NCBI GenBank assembly: GCA_964016885.1
Contig: OZ024742.1
Location: 120,032,001 to 120,096,000 of the forward strand
Reading direction: 5' to 3'
DNA: 64,000 nt
From: Eledone cirrhosa
Taxonomy: Eukaryota
Part shown: in pieces, positions 50,101 to 62,699 of the stretch
Layout of the letters: the number at the start of each line of letters is the position of its first letter
Numbering within the stretch: the first letter of the stretch is position 1
Notes under the pieces: generated by a model
Told to the model about the DNA's origin: nothing
What the model saw: the letters and a program-made list of their open reading frames with translations, nothing else
Database searches by the model: none
Program-made: the position numbers and the translations under genes

Positions 50101-53100
50101 CAGTACTACATATAGATAGTCAGTAAAGTGGACAGTGGGGAAGGTCAGCACTACATATAGATAGTCAGTAAAGTGGACAGTGGGGAAGGCCAGCACTACA
50201 TATAGATAGTCAGTAAAGTGGACAGTGGGGAAGGCCAGCACTACATATAGATAGTCAGTAAAGTGGACAGTGGGGAAGGCCAGTACTACATATAGATAGT
50301 CAGTAAAGTGGACAGTGGGGAAGGCCAGCACTATATATAGATAGTCAGTAAAGTGGACAGTGGGGAAGGCCAGCACTACATATAGATAGTCAGTAAAGTG
50401 GACAGTGGGGAAGGCCAGCACTACATATAGATAGTCAGTAAAGTGGACAGTGGGGAAGGCCAGCACTACATATAGATAGTCAGTAAAGTGGACAGTGGGG
50501 AAGGCCAGCACTATATATAGATAGTCAGTAAAGTGGACAGTGGGGAAGGCCAGCACTATATATAGATAGTCAGTAAAGTGGACAGTGGGGAAGGCCAGTA
50601 CTACATATAGATAGTCAGTAAAGTGGACAGTGGGGAAGGCCAGCACTATATATAGATAGTCAGTAAAGTGGACAGTGGGGAAGGCCAGCACTATATATAG
50701 ATAGTCAGTAAAGTGGACAGTGGGGAAGGCCAGCACTACATATAGATAGTCAGTAAAGTGGACAGTGGGGAAGGCCAGTACTACATATAGATAGTCAGTA
50801 AAGTGGACAGTGGGGAAGGCCAGTACTACATATAGATAGTCAGTAAAGTGGACAGTGGGGAAGGCCAGCCCTACATATAGATAGTCAGTAAAGTGGACAG
50901 TGGGGAAGGCCAGTACTACATATAGATAGTCAGTAAAGTGGACAGTGGGGAAGGCCAGCACTACATATAGATAGTCAGTAAAGTGGACAGTGGGGAAGGC
51001 CAGCACTATATATAGATAGTCAGTAAAGTGGACAGTGGGGAAGGCCAGCACTATATATAGATAGTCAGTAAAGTGGACAGTGGGGAAGGCCAGTACTACA
51101 TATAGATAGTCAGTAAAGTGGACAGTGGGGAAGGCCAGCACTATATATAGATAGTCAGTAAAGTGGACAGTGGGGAAGGCCAGCACTATATATAGATAGT
51201 CAGTAAAGTGGACAGTGGGGAAGGCCAGCACTACATATAGATAGTCAGTAAAGTGGACAGTGGGGAAGGCCAGTACTACATATAGATAGTCAGTAAAGTG
51301 GACAGTGGGGAAGGCCAGTACTACATATAGATAGTCAGTAAAGTGGACAGTGGGGAAGGCCAGCCCTACATATAGATAGTCAGTAAAGTGGACAGTGGGG
51401 AAGGCCAGTACTACATATAGATAGTCAGTAAAGTGGACAGTGGGGAAGGCCAGCACTACATATAGATAGTCAGTAAAGTGGACAGTGGGGAAGGCCAGTA
51501 CTACATATAGATAGTCAGTAAAGTGGACAGTGGGGAAGGCCAGTACTACGTATAGATAGTCAGTAAAGTGGACAGTGGGGAAGGCCAGTACTACATATAG
51601 ATAGTCAGTAAAGTGGACAGTGGGGAAGGCCAGTACTATATATAGATAGTCAGTAAAGTGGACAATGGGGAAGGCCAGTACTACATATAGATAGTCAGTA
51701 AAGTGGACAATGGGGAAGGCCAGCACTACATATAGATAGTCAGTAAAGTGGACAGTGGGGAAGGCCAGCACTACATATAGATAGTCAGTAAAGTGGACAG
51801 TGGGGAAGGCCAGCACTACATATAGATAGTCAGTAAAGTGGACAGTGGGGAAGGCCAGCACTACATATAGATAGTCAGTAAAGTGGACAGTGGGGAAGGC
51901 CAGTACTACATATAGATAGTCAGTAAAGTGGACAGTGGGGAAGGCCAGCACTACATATAGATAGTCAGTAAAGTGGACAGTGGGGAAGGCCAGTACTACA
52001 TATAGATAGTCAGTAAAGTGGACAGTGGGGAAGGCCAGCACTACATATAGATAGTCAGTAAAGTGGACAGTGGGGAAGGCCAGTACTACATATAGATAGT
52101 CAGTAAAGTGGACAGTGGGGAAGGCCAGCACTACATATAGATAGTCAGTAAAGTGGACAGTGGGGAAGGCCAGTACTACATATAGATAGTCAGTAAAGTG
52201 GTCAGTGGGGAAGGCCAGTACTACATATAGATAGTCAGTAAAGTGGACAGTGGGGAAGGCCAGTACTACATATAGATAGTCAGTAAAGTGGACAGTGGGG
52301 AAGGCCAGCCCTACATATAGATAGTCAGTAAAGTGGACAATGGGGAAGGCCAGCACTACATATAGATAGTCAGTAAAGTGGACAGTGGGGAAGGCCAGCA
52401 CTACATATAGATAGTCAGTAAAGTGGACAGTGGGGAAGGCCAGCACTACATATAGATAGTCAGTAAAGTGGACAGTGGGGAAGGCCAGTACTACATATAG
52501 ATAGTCAGTAAAGTGGTCAGTGGGGAAGGCCAGTACTACATATAGATAGTCAGTAAAGTGGACAGTGGGGAAGGCCAGTACTACATATAGATAGTCAGTA
52601 AAGTGGACAGTGGGGAAGGCCAGCCCTACATATAGATAGTCAGTAAAGTGGACAGTGGGGAAGGCCAGCACTACATATAGATAGTCAGTAAAGTGAACAG
52701 TGGGGAAGGCCAGCCCTACATATAGATAGTCAGTAAAGTGGACAGTGGGAAGGCCAGCACTACATATAGATAGTCAGTAAAGTGGACAGTGGGGAAGGCC
52801 AGTACTACATATAGATAGTCAGTAAAGTTGACAGTGGGGAAGGCCAGCACTACATATAGGTAGTCAGTAAAGTGGACAGTGGGGAAGGCCAGCACTACAT
52901 ATAGATAGTCAGTAAAGTGGACAGTGGGGAAGGCCAGTACTACATATAGATAGTCAGTAAAGTGGACAGTGGGGAAGGCCAGCCCTACATATAGATAGTC
53001 AGTAAAGTGGACAGTGGGGAAGGCCAGCACTACATATAGATAGTCAGTAAAGTGAACAGTGGGGAAGGCCAGCCCTACATATAGATAGTCAGTAAAGTGG

Positions 53101-56100
53101 ACAGTGGGAAGGCCAGCACTACATATAGATAGTCAGTAAAGTGGACAGTGGGGAAGGCCAGTACTACATATAGATAGTCAGTAAAGTTGACAGTGGGGAA
53201 GGCCAGCACTACATATAGGTAGTCAGTAAAGTGGACAGTGGGGAAGGCCAGCACTACATATAGATAGTCAGTAAAGTGGACAGTGGGGAAGGCCAGTACT
53301 ACATATAGATAGTCAGTAAAGTGGACAGTGGGGAAGGCCAGTACTACATATAGATAGTCATTAAAGTGGACAGTGGGGAAGGCCAGTACTACATATAGAT
53401 AGCCAGTAAAGTGGACAGTGGGGAAGGCCAGTACTACATATAGATAGTCAGTAAAGTGGACAGTGGGGAAGGCCAGTACTACATATAGATAGTCAGTAAA
53501 GTGGACAGTGGGGAAGGCCAGCACTACATATAGATAGTCAGTAAAGTGGATAGTGGGGAAGGCCAGTACTACATATAGATAGTCATTAAAGTGGACAGTG
53601 GGGAAGGCCAGTACTACATATAGATAGCCAGTAAAGTGGACAGTGGGGAAGGCCAGCACTACATATAGATAGTCAGTAAAGTGGACAGTGGGGAAGGCCA
53701 GTACTACATATAGATAGTCAGTAAAGTGGACAGTGGGGAAGGCCAGTACTACATATAGATAGTCAGTAAAGTGGACAGTGGGGAAGGCCAGTACTACATA
53801 TAGATAGCCAGTAAAGTGGGCAGTGGGGAAGGCCAGTACTACATATAGATAGTCAGTAAAGTGGACAGTGGGGAAGGCCAGCACTACATATAGGTAGTCA
53901 GTAAAGTGGACAGTGGGGAAGGCCAGTACTACATATAGGTGGTCAGTAAAGTGGACAGTGGGGAAGGCCAGCACTACATATAGATAGTCAGTAAAGTGGA
54001 CAGTGGGGAAGGCCAGTACTACATATAGATAGTCAGTAAAGTGGACAGTGGGGAAGGCCAGTACTACATATAGATAGTCAGTAAAGTGGACAGTGGGGAA
54101 GGCCAGCACTACATATAGATAGTCAGTAAAGTGGATAGTGGGGAAGGCCAGTACTACATATAGATAGTCATTAAAGTGGACAGTGGGGAAGGCCAGTACT
54201 ACATATAGATAGCCAGTAAAGTGGACAGTGGGGAAGGCCAGCACTACATATAGATAGTCAGTAAAGTGGACAGTGGGGAAGGCCAGTACTACATATAGAT
54301 AGTCAGTAAAGTGGACAGTGGGGAAGGCCAGTACTACATATAGATAGTCAGTAAAGTGGACAGTGGGGAAGGCCAGTACTACATATAGATAGCCAGTAAA
54401 GTGGGCAGTGGGGAAGGCCAGTACTACATATAGATAGTCAGTAAAGTGGACAGTGGGGAAGGCCAGCACTACATATAGGTAGTCAGTAAAGTGGACAGTG
54501 GGGAAGGCCAGTACTACATATAGATAGTCAGTAAAGTGGACAGTGGGGAAGGCCAGCACTACATATAGGTAGTCAGTAAAGTGGACAGTGGGGAAGGCCA
54601 GCACTACATATAGGTAGTCAGTAAAGTGGACAGTGGGGAAGGCCAGTACTACATATAGGTAGTCAGTAAAGTGGACAGTGGGGAAGGCCAGTACTACATA
54701 TAGGTAGTCAGTAAAGTGGACAGTGGGGAAGGCCAGCACTACATATAGGTAGTCAGTAAAGTGGACAGTGGGGAAGGCCAGCACTACATATAGGTAGTCA
54801 GTAAAGTGGACAGTGGGGAAGGCCAGCACTACATATAGGTAGTCAGTAAAGTGGACAGTGGGGAAGGCCAGTACTACATATAGGTAGTCAGTAAAGTGGA
54901 CAGTGGGGAAGGCCAGTACTACATATAGATAGTCAGTAAAGTGGACAGTGGGGAAGGCCAGCACTACATATAGGTAGTCAGTAAAGTGGACAGTGGGGAA
55001 GGCCAGCACTACATATAGGTAGTCAGTAAAGTGGACAGTGGGGAAGGCCAGTACTACATATAGGTAGTCAGTAAAGTGGACAGTGGGGAAGGCCAGTACT
55101 ACATATAGATAGTCAGTAAAGTGGACAGTGGGGAAGGCCAGCACTACATATAGATAGTCAGTAAAGTGGACAGTGGGGAAGGCCAGTACTACATATAGGT
55201 GGTCAGTAAAGTGGACAGTGGGGAAGGCCAGCACTACATATAGATAGTCAGTAAAGTGGACAGTGGGGAAGGCCAGTACTACATATAGATAGTCAGTAAA
55301 GTGGACAGTGGGGAAGGCCAGTACTACATATAGATAGTCAGTAAAGTGGACAGTGGGGAAGGCCAGTACTACATATAGGTAGTCAGTAAAGTGGAGTGGG
55401 GAAGGCCAGCACTACATATAGATAGTCAGTAAAGTGGACAGTGGGGAAGGCCAGTACTACATATAGATAGTCAGTAAAGTGGACAGTGGGGAAGGCCAGT
55501 ACTACATATAGATAGCCAGTAAAGTGGACAGTGGGGAAGGCCAGCACTACATATAGATAGTCAGTAAAGTGGACAGTGGGGAAGGCCAGTACTACATATA
55601 GATAGCCAGTAAAGTGGACAGTGGGGAAGGCCAGTACTACATATAGATAGTCAGTAAAGTGGTCAGTGGGGAAGGCCAGCACTACATATAGATAATAAGT
55701 AAAGTGGACAGTGGGGAAGGCCAGTACTACATATAGATAGTCAGTAAAGTGGACAGTGGGGAAGGCCAGCACTACATATAGATAGTCAGTAAAGTGGACA
55801 GTGGGGAAGGCCAGTACTATATATAGATAGTCAGTAAAGTGGACAGTGGGGAAGGCCAGTACTACATATAGATAGTCAGTAAAGTGGACAGTGGGGAAGG
55901 CCAGCACTACATATAGGTAGTCAGTAAAGTGGACAGTGGGGAAGGCGAGTACTACATATAGATAGTCAGTAAAGTGGACAGTGGGGAAGGCCAGTACTAC
56001 ATATAGATAGTCAGTAAAGTTGACAGTGGGGAAGGCCAGTACTACATATAGATAGTCAGTAAAGTGGACAGTGGGGAAGGCCAGTACTACGTATAGATAG

Positions 56101-57632
56101 TCAGTAAAGTGGACAGTGGGGAAGGCCAGTACTACATATAGATAGTCAGTAAAGTGGACAGTGGGGAAGGCCAGCACTACATATAGGTAGTCAGTAAAGT
56201 GGACAGTGGGGAAGGCGAGTACTACATATAGATAGTCAGTAAAGTGGACAGTGGGGAAGGCCAGTACTACATATAGATAGTCAGTAAAGTTGACAGTGGG
56301 GAAGGCCAGTACTACATATAGATAGTCAGTAAAGTGGACAGTGGGGAAGGCCAGTACTACGTATAGATAGTCAGTAAAGTGGACAGTGGGGAAGGCCAGT
56401 ACTACATATAGATAGTCAGTAAAGTGGACAGTGGGGAAGGCCAGTACTACGTATAGATAGTCAGTAAAGTGGACAGTGGGGAAGGCCAGTACTACATATA
56501 GATAGTCAGTAAAGTTGACAGTGGGGAAGGCCAGTACTACATATAGATAGTCAGTAAAGTGGACAGTGGGGAAGGCCAGTACTACATATAGATAGTCAGT
56601 AAAGTTGACAGTGGGGAAGGCCAGTACTACATATAGATAGTCAGTAAAGTGGACAGTGGGGAAGGCCAGTACTACGTATAGATAGTCAGTAAAGTGGACA
56701 GTGGGGAAGGCCAGTACTACATATAGATAGTCAGTAAAGTTGACAGTGGGGAAGGCCAGTACTACATATAGATAGTCAGTAAAGTGGACAGTGGGGAAGG
56801 CCAGTACTACATATAGATAGTCAGTAAAGTTGACAGTGGGGAAGGCCAGTACTACATATAGATAGTCAGTAAAGTTGACAGTGGGGAAGGCCAGTACTAC
56901 ATATAGATAGTCAGTAAAGTGGACAGTGGGGAAGGCCAGTACTACGTATAGATAGTCAGTAAAGTGGACAGTGGGGAAGGCCAGTACTACATATAGATAG
57001 TCAGTAAAGTGGACAGTGGGGAAGGCCAGCACTACATATAGGTAGTCAGTAAAGTGGACAGTGGGGAAGGCGAGTACTACATATAGATAGTCAGTAAAGT
57101 GGACAGTGGGGAAGGCCAGTACTACATATAGATAGTCAGTAAAGTTGACAGTGGGGAAGGCCAGTACTACATATAGATAGTCAGTAAAGTGGACAGTGGG
57201 GAAGGCCAGTACTACATATAGATAGTCAGTAAAGTGGACAGTGGGGAAGGCCAGTACTACATATAGATAGTCAGTAAAGTGGACAGTGGGGAAGGCCAGT
57301 ACTACATATAGATAGTCAGTAAAGTGGACAGTGGGGAAGGCCAGCACTACATATAGATAGTCAGTAAAGTGGACAGTGGGGAAGGCCAGTACTACATATA
57401 GATAGCCAGTAAAGTGGACAGTGGGGAAGGCCAGTACTACGTATAGATAGTCAGTAAAGTGGACAGTGGGGAAGGCCAGCACTACATATAGATAATCAAT
57501 AAAGTGGACAGTGGGGAAGGCCAGTACTACGTATAGATAGTCAGTAAAGTGGACAGTGGGGAAGGCCAGCACTACATATAGATAATCAATAAAGTGGGCA
57601 GTGGAGAAGGCCAGTACTACGTATAGATAGTC
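38153..57632. repeat. 45-bp tandem satellite, ~19.5 kb, ~433 copies, unit TAGTCAGTAAAGTGGACAGTGGGGAAGGCCAGYACTACATATAGA
   Basis: Read directly. The array is highly homogeneous with clustered variants, a few indel units and more diverged terminal units. Confidence 0.99.
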
Positions 57633-58769
57633 CTTTCACAAGGATAGAGAAGTTGAGTAAAATTACTTTGGTAAGGGTGATGATTATAGTTAGCAGAGAA
57701 AATTAAGCAGGTAAAAATACACTGCAGGAAGCAAATTACAGGGTGTAATAGTTTTCTGAATGAAGAACTGGATGAAATGTTTTCTACAATAGATGGCTTG
57801 GAATAGATGTGAGATGCAGCAAGCAAGTTCAGAAGAGAAAATTGTTATATATAACATGCAAAAGGAGGGGAGGGACAGTGAGAGAGAGAATGATGTATCA
57901 TAGATTAAAGATTTTTCTTCTTGTTAATCAGCCAGATGGTTTTCTTCTGATCAATTTACAATGAATGATTGGCAAAGAGGGTATTTATTTATTTGGAGGA
58001 GGAGCAACAGACTGGACCATTGTTAGCTCTCCAAATATATAGACATGTTTGTACCTTGTAGATTCAACAGCTGCTTAGAGCAGAAATATGTTGATATTTT
58101 TCTTCATTGAATCATAAATATAAAGCTGCCTCTAGATTATGCAAGAGGCATTAATGCATAAATATGCATGGTAAAGCCAGATAATTGCCACTGGGAGTTA
58201 TTTGTGCTAAGTAGCTGTGCCATGAAGTACTCTTCCCTGTAAAAGTAATGTTTGTAATTCAAGGCTATCAATTTTTTTAGATTCTACAAGTGAAAGAGAT
58301 GAATGTTTGATTTATAAATGCTCATATTTCTGTTTCATATGATATTAGATATTTTTTAAATGGGGATATGAAGATTTGTATCCTCTAGATAAAAATGTAA
58401 TGTGTTGAAGACTCACTAGTCATATCACATATACATTATCTTTATATTTCCCAGTTGGGTTTCATATTAACCAAAGAGGGTTAGAAAACAATGGTTAAAA
58501 TAACAAAACAAAAATGATATTAAGATTGTAGAAAACAAGCCACTGATCCTGTTAAAATTGAACAACATTTCAATGATTATTAACACTTAGTATTTTAAAC
58601 AAACATTAACAGATGATTTTAGTTATCAAATAATAAAAGATGGGAAGGGCTTTGAGCTTTCCTTTATGGCTTGATAACAAAAATTAGTAATGTGTTCATC
58701 ATCATACAATCCAAAACATTTCTGTAATATCCACATCAGGTCAAATTTGCATCATTTTGATATAATTCA

Positions 58770-59070
58770 CAATAGCACTAACACAGTGTGGTTTAGAATA
58801 AAGGCATACACGAATCCATATACAAATGGTTTACATATAATAAACACGTTTAGTTCAGTATTTGCCTAGGTGCTGAGGTATGGAAAACAATATCTTCATA
58901 TAGAATTTGTAAACAAACTATTCTTGGTGTAAGTTTATTTACATATAGTGCAAGCTTGATTGACTAGTATTAATTAGCAATAGCACTAACACAGCGTGCC
59001 TCAGAATAAAAGTATGTATGAATCCATATGCAGTATATTTACATACAATAAACATACACTTAGTCTCCAG
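58770..59070. repeat. Diverged ~85-bp direct duplication (58770-58858 vs 58978-59068)
   Basis: CAATAGCACTAACACAG..AGAATAAA..GAATCCATAT..TTTACATA.AATAAACA occurs twice. Confidence 0.75.
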
Positions 59071-59452
59071 TGAGTATTTTAAGCTGTTATTATATCACAA
59101 CTACCTCAGTATCTAGGCCTAAGTATTCAAGTGTAATGAATTGTTATGACAGTAAAATGCATACACCACTCTTTCCGTGATGCTGAGGTAGCTATGACAC
59201 GATCACAGCCCAAAACACTCACAGTCAGATTACATTTCTGTTTGTTATATGTAGCATGATCACAGTCAAATGACTGAAACCAATAAAAGAATAAATAAAA
59301 CATATTGCCTATGCATTCATATACACATTCTACTTTAATATGTAAGTGAAAATTTACAAAACAAAACTACATAGGTTATAACAGACTAGTCATATCTAAA
59401 TTAAATGTGAGTAGCTTTATTTTTCTCTAAAAAAAAAAAAAAAAATACTCAC

Positions 59453-59479
59453 AGTCTAGCACTGGAATAAAATGTTGTC
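59453..59479 (-). CDS. Candidate 27-nt microexon of the GALNT stem
   Basis: ttcctaacttttacag|GACAACATTTTATTCCAGTGCTAGACT|gtgagta, with a ~70-nt U-rich tract upstream (59551-59623 on +, A-rich). Length is a multiple of 3 and it is open in phase 1 (xQHFIPVLDx). Confidence 0.6.
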
Positions 59480-60378
59480 CTGTAAAAGTTAGGAATTAAG
59501 TAATCATCTAAAAAACGGATCCTAATCTATAAAATCAAGACATTGGGTCCAAAAGAAAAACAAAATAAAGAAAACAAAGAAAACAAAAACGAAAGAATAA
59601 AAAAAAATAATAAAACACAAAAATATATTTATAAAAATGGGTTCTTTTAAGAAAAGCAGAACTACTTCCTGTAAAGATAAATTTAAAAGTAGCATGCTAA
59701 GAGAGAAACAGCTCAACACTTAGTATCTTGTTGAAGATTTAAATGGATACAATTTCTGACAGTATCACATTAACACTCTGAGAAACATATGTATTTCAAT
59801 TACTTAATCTATTTGAAATCTGGGGTAAAATTAAACACAAAACTCTTCATGAGACTTTAGAAGTATCTTTCACCATTAGGTTTAATGAAGAGTTCTCCCC
59901 AACTACATATGAAATGAAATTACAAAGTGTATGACATATTTAATACTATCTTTTTAAAGGCATTGGTAAAAAAAATTGAAATTATTTCAAATTTGTCAAG
60001 GGAATAGATAAAAAAATATAAAAGAAGAGTAAAGAAAAAAATCCAATACCCCATATTTAAAAATTAATGCACAAAGTCAAATTATAATAGAAAAAGTCTA
60101 TTATTTGTAAAGTTGAAATAAGCTTTGCATATTATATAAAATCTAATTGAAGGGTGAAATGATTTACACTGAAAAGGTGTATTTAGGCATTGTTAAATAG
60201 TTAAATATTTCTGTTTGATCATCATGTCGTGAAGAGAATTACGGTACCTTTTATAACAAATAAGATCAAACTTTAAAATTCTCTACTTTACATTTCATAT
60301 TTTAAGTTTTCAATTAAATCTAGTTCTGTCTGAAATAGGTAAAAAATAAAATGGCTTTGATGCATTTAATCATTACAC

Positions 60379-60601
60379 TTAACCCGTTAGCACTTAAACC
60401 AGCCATATCCGGCCAGAATTCTCTCATTTCTTTCTGTTCAAACTGGCCATAAATGGCCATTTATGTTAAGGTATTGTTCTCAAAATAAATAATATCAGAA
60501 TCTCATAGATTCAATATTACGTGAGATAATTATGAGCGGTAAAGCCTTTACCGCGAATATACAATAATAAATATAGAGTAATGTAAATGCTAAAGGATTA
60601 A
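60379..60601. mobile_element. MITE family P1 copy, sharing its right TTAA with a P2-like left end
   Basis: TTAA-CCCGTTAGCACTTAAACCAGCCATATCCGGCCAGAATT ... GTAAATGCTAAAGGA-TTAA-TGCTTTTGTTACCAT. Confidence 0.8.
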
Positions 60602-61349
60602 TGCTTTTGTTACCATTTTAATAACGAAAAACATTGCCTATGGTTTTCAATCCATTTTTTTTTAAAGAATCAAGAATTTGAATAAATTTAGAGATATCAC
60701 AGACTTTTTCATCATGAAGATGACTTAAAGTTTCTATTATATTGGAAGGTGTTTTAGGTACTTTAAAAGAACATTTCATATTGTAGAACCAGAGTTGTTT
60801 TCAGTACATTTGGTATCATAAGGATGGCATATAAGTAAATTCATGGTTATTTTCCTTAATGCACATAGGATAGGAAAGTGAGCACCTATTTCCCCCCATA
60901 TCTGACACACATATGTAGAGAATAAATGTAGTGGTGGTGCAGAGAAGATAATAAATGCATAGTAATTATATATATATTTCCACATTTTACCACCTGTAGG
61001 TTTTAGACCTACCCAGTCTAAATGGTGAAATGATTATTAAAGGTATTATAGAGCAATGACAAGAAATATAAGTAGATATTAACATTAGTTCATCATAAGA
61101 AAAATGAGTTATGGTAATGTATAAAAAAAAAAAAAAAAAAGCAGTTCATATTATTAAGTATAACAAATTCTCTTTGTAGATTTGAATTAGAAGTATATAA
61201 ATTTTTGAAATAACATTAGAAGGAATATACATACATAATAGATCACTTTCAATATTTTTTTTTTTTTTTTTTCTTTTTTTTTTTTTTACCATTTGTATGA
61301 TTGTCACTAACTTTTGTTTTGAATTTGCTTGAGAAATTAAGGCAAACGG

Positions 61350-61601
61350 TTAACCTTTTTGATACCAACTTATCTGAAATTACCCTGGTTTTTAGATACA
61401 AAACTATCCATTTTAAATATATTCACATTTTTATTAAAACCTTCCATCATACTTTTAATTAAAGTAATGTTCCGAACATCATCTTACTTAAAAAAAAGGT
61501 TAGTTATTTCATTAATTCCTCCAAAGTTTTTGAGTACTTTCAAAATGAATTGAAACACATAGGTAGTGTATTTCATTGTAACTATGGTAATAAAAGAGTT
61601 A
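61350..61601. mobile_element. MITE family P2 copy
   Basis: TTAA-CCTTTTTGATACCAAC..CTGAAATTACCCTGGTT ... TGGTAATAAAAGAGTTA. Confidence 0.65.
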
Positions 61602-61721
61602 CGCCTACACTAGCAGAATTATATCTTGTCTTTTAACATAACACAGTATCTGTAAAAAAAAGGGCTTGAATGCATGAGTAGTCAGTCAATATTCTGACAT
61701 GTTAACATTGTAGCTATTGAG

Positions 61722-61760
<39 letters not shown>

Positions 61761-62034
61761 AACAGAGAAAACGTTTTTTGACACTAACTTACAGGACATC
61801 TCAATGAAAAGATAGCTAAAAATATCTAGATCAGAGATGCATATAAACATTGCTTGTATTCCCCCTAAGGAGACTTTGGCATAGGTTAAACTATGTTTCT
61901 ATACACACACATATATTAAACTATGTTTATATAATATATATATATATAAACTATGCTTCTATATATTAAACTATGTTTCTATATACGCACACATAATTCA
62001 AGTTCTTCCCATGGCAGACACCACTAGCAATATT

Positions 62035-62699
62035 GGAAAAAAAGGAGTTTGAAGCTGGAGACGAAGTATGCAGTATACAGAGCCGTAGTCGTGACTGCAT
62101 TGCTGTATGGATACGAGTCCTGGACTTTCTACCATAGGTATGTCAAGCTATTAGATCAGTTTCACCAGCGCTGCCTCTGCCGTATTTTAAACACAGAATG
62201 GTACCACAGGATCTCAAATGTGAAGGTACTTTTGTAAGCCCAGATGCCGAGCATAGATGCACTGCTAACAGTCTCAGTTAAGATGGTCTGGACATCTTGT
62301 GCCATACAGGGTAACAGGTACCAAAGCAATTCTATGGTGAACTGACATAGGGTTATCGACCAAGAGGACAGCCTAAGCTTCGCTACAGACACACCCTGAA
62401 ACAATCCTTCCCGAAATGTGACATTGATGCAGAACAATGGGAAATTAAGGCCACAAACAGGTGTGAATGGAGGCAAGCTATTCGCAAGGAAACAGAAGCT
62501 TATAAAAATGAAAGACAAAGCAGCCAAGTGGAAAAGCATGCAACAATGAAGTCCAGAACCAACACTGTAGAAGGTTCCATTCACTGTCCAGTATGAAGCC
62601 GCTTGTGTGCATGAAATTTGGGCTTGAGGTCCCACACGAGGGTACACAAATGAATGAAGTGCTAGACTGGACTTTATCGATTACGATAGTCAACCAACA

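Noticed and set aside
23527-57632. CRISPR-like appearance of regularly spaced repeats
   Set aside because: Units are head-to-tail with no unique spacers, there are no cas genes and the context is a eukaryotic intron.
38152-57826. Very long minus-strand ORFs (up to 1603 aa) of LAFPTVHFTDYLYVV repeats, co-oriented with GALNT
   Set aside because: The 45-bp unit is a multiple of 3 and happens to lack a stop in one frame. The commonest variant is synonymous, but many non-synonymous variants (D>G, V>I, V>D, H>N, D>Y) occur. Frameshifting indels (~40531, ~45361-46590, ~48305, ~52748, ~53107, ~55395) persist and were even duplicated. The starts are mostly non-ATG.
59085-59108. let-7-like TGAGGTAGT on the minus strand
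   Set aside because: Only the first 9 nt match let-7. The remainder and the precursor geometry do not fit.
59223-59237. 15-nt minus-strand segment between cag and gtgagt
   Set aside because: No polypyrimidine tract, and it contains TAA in the GALNT phase.
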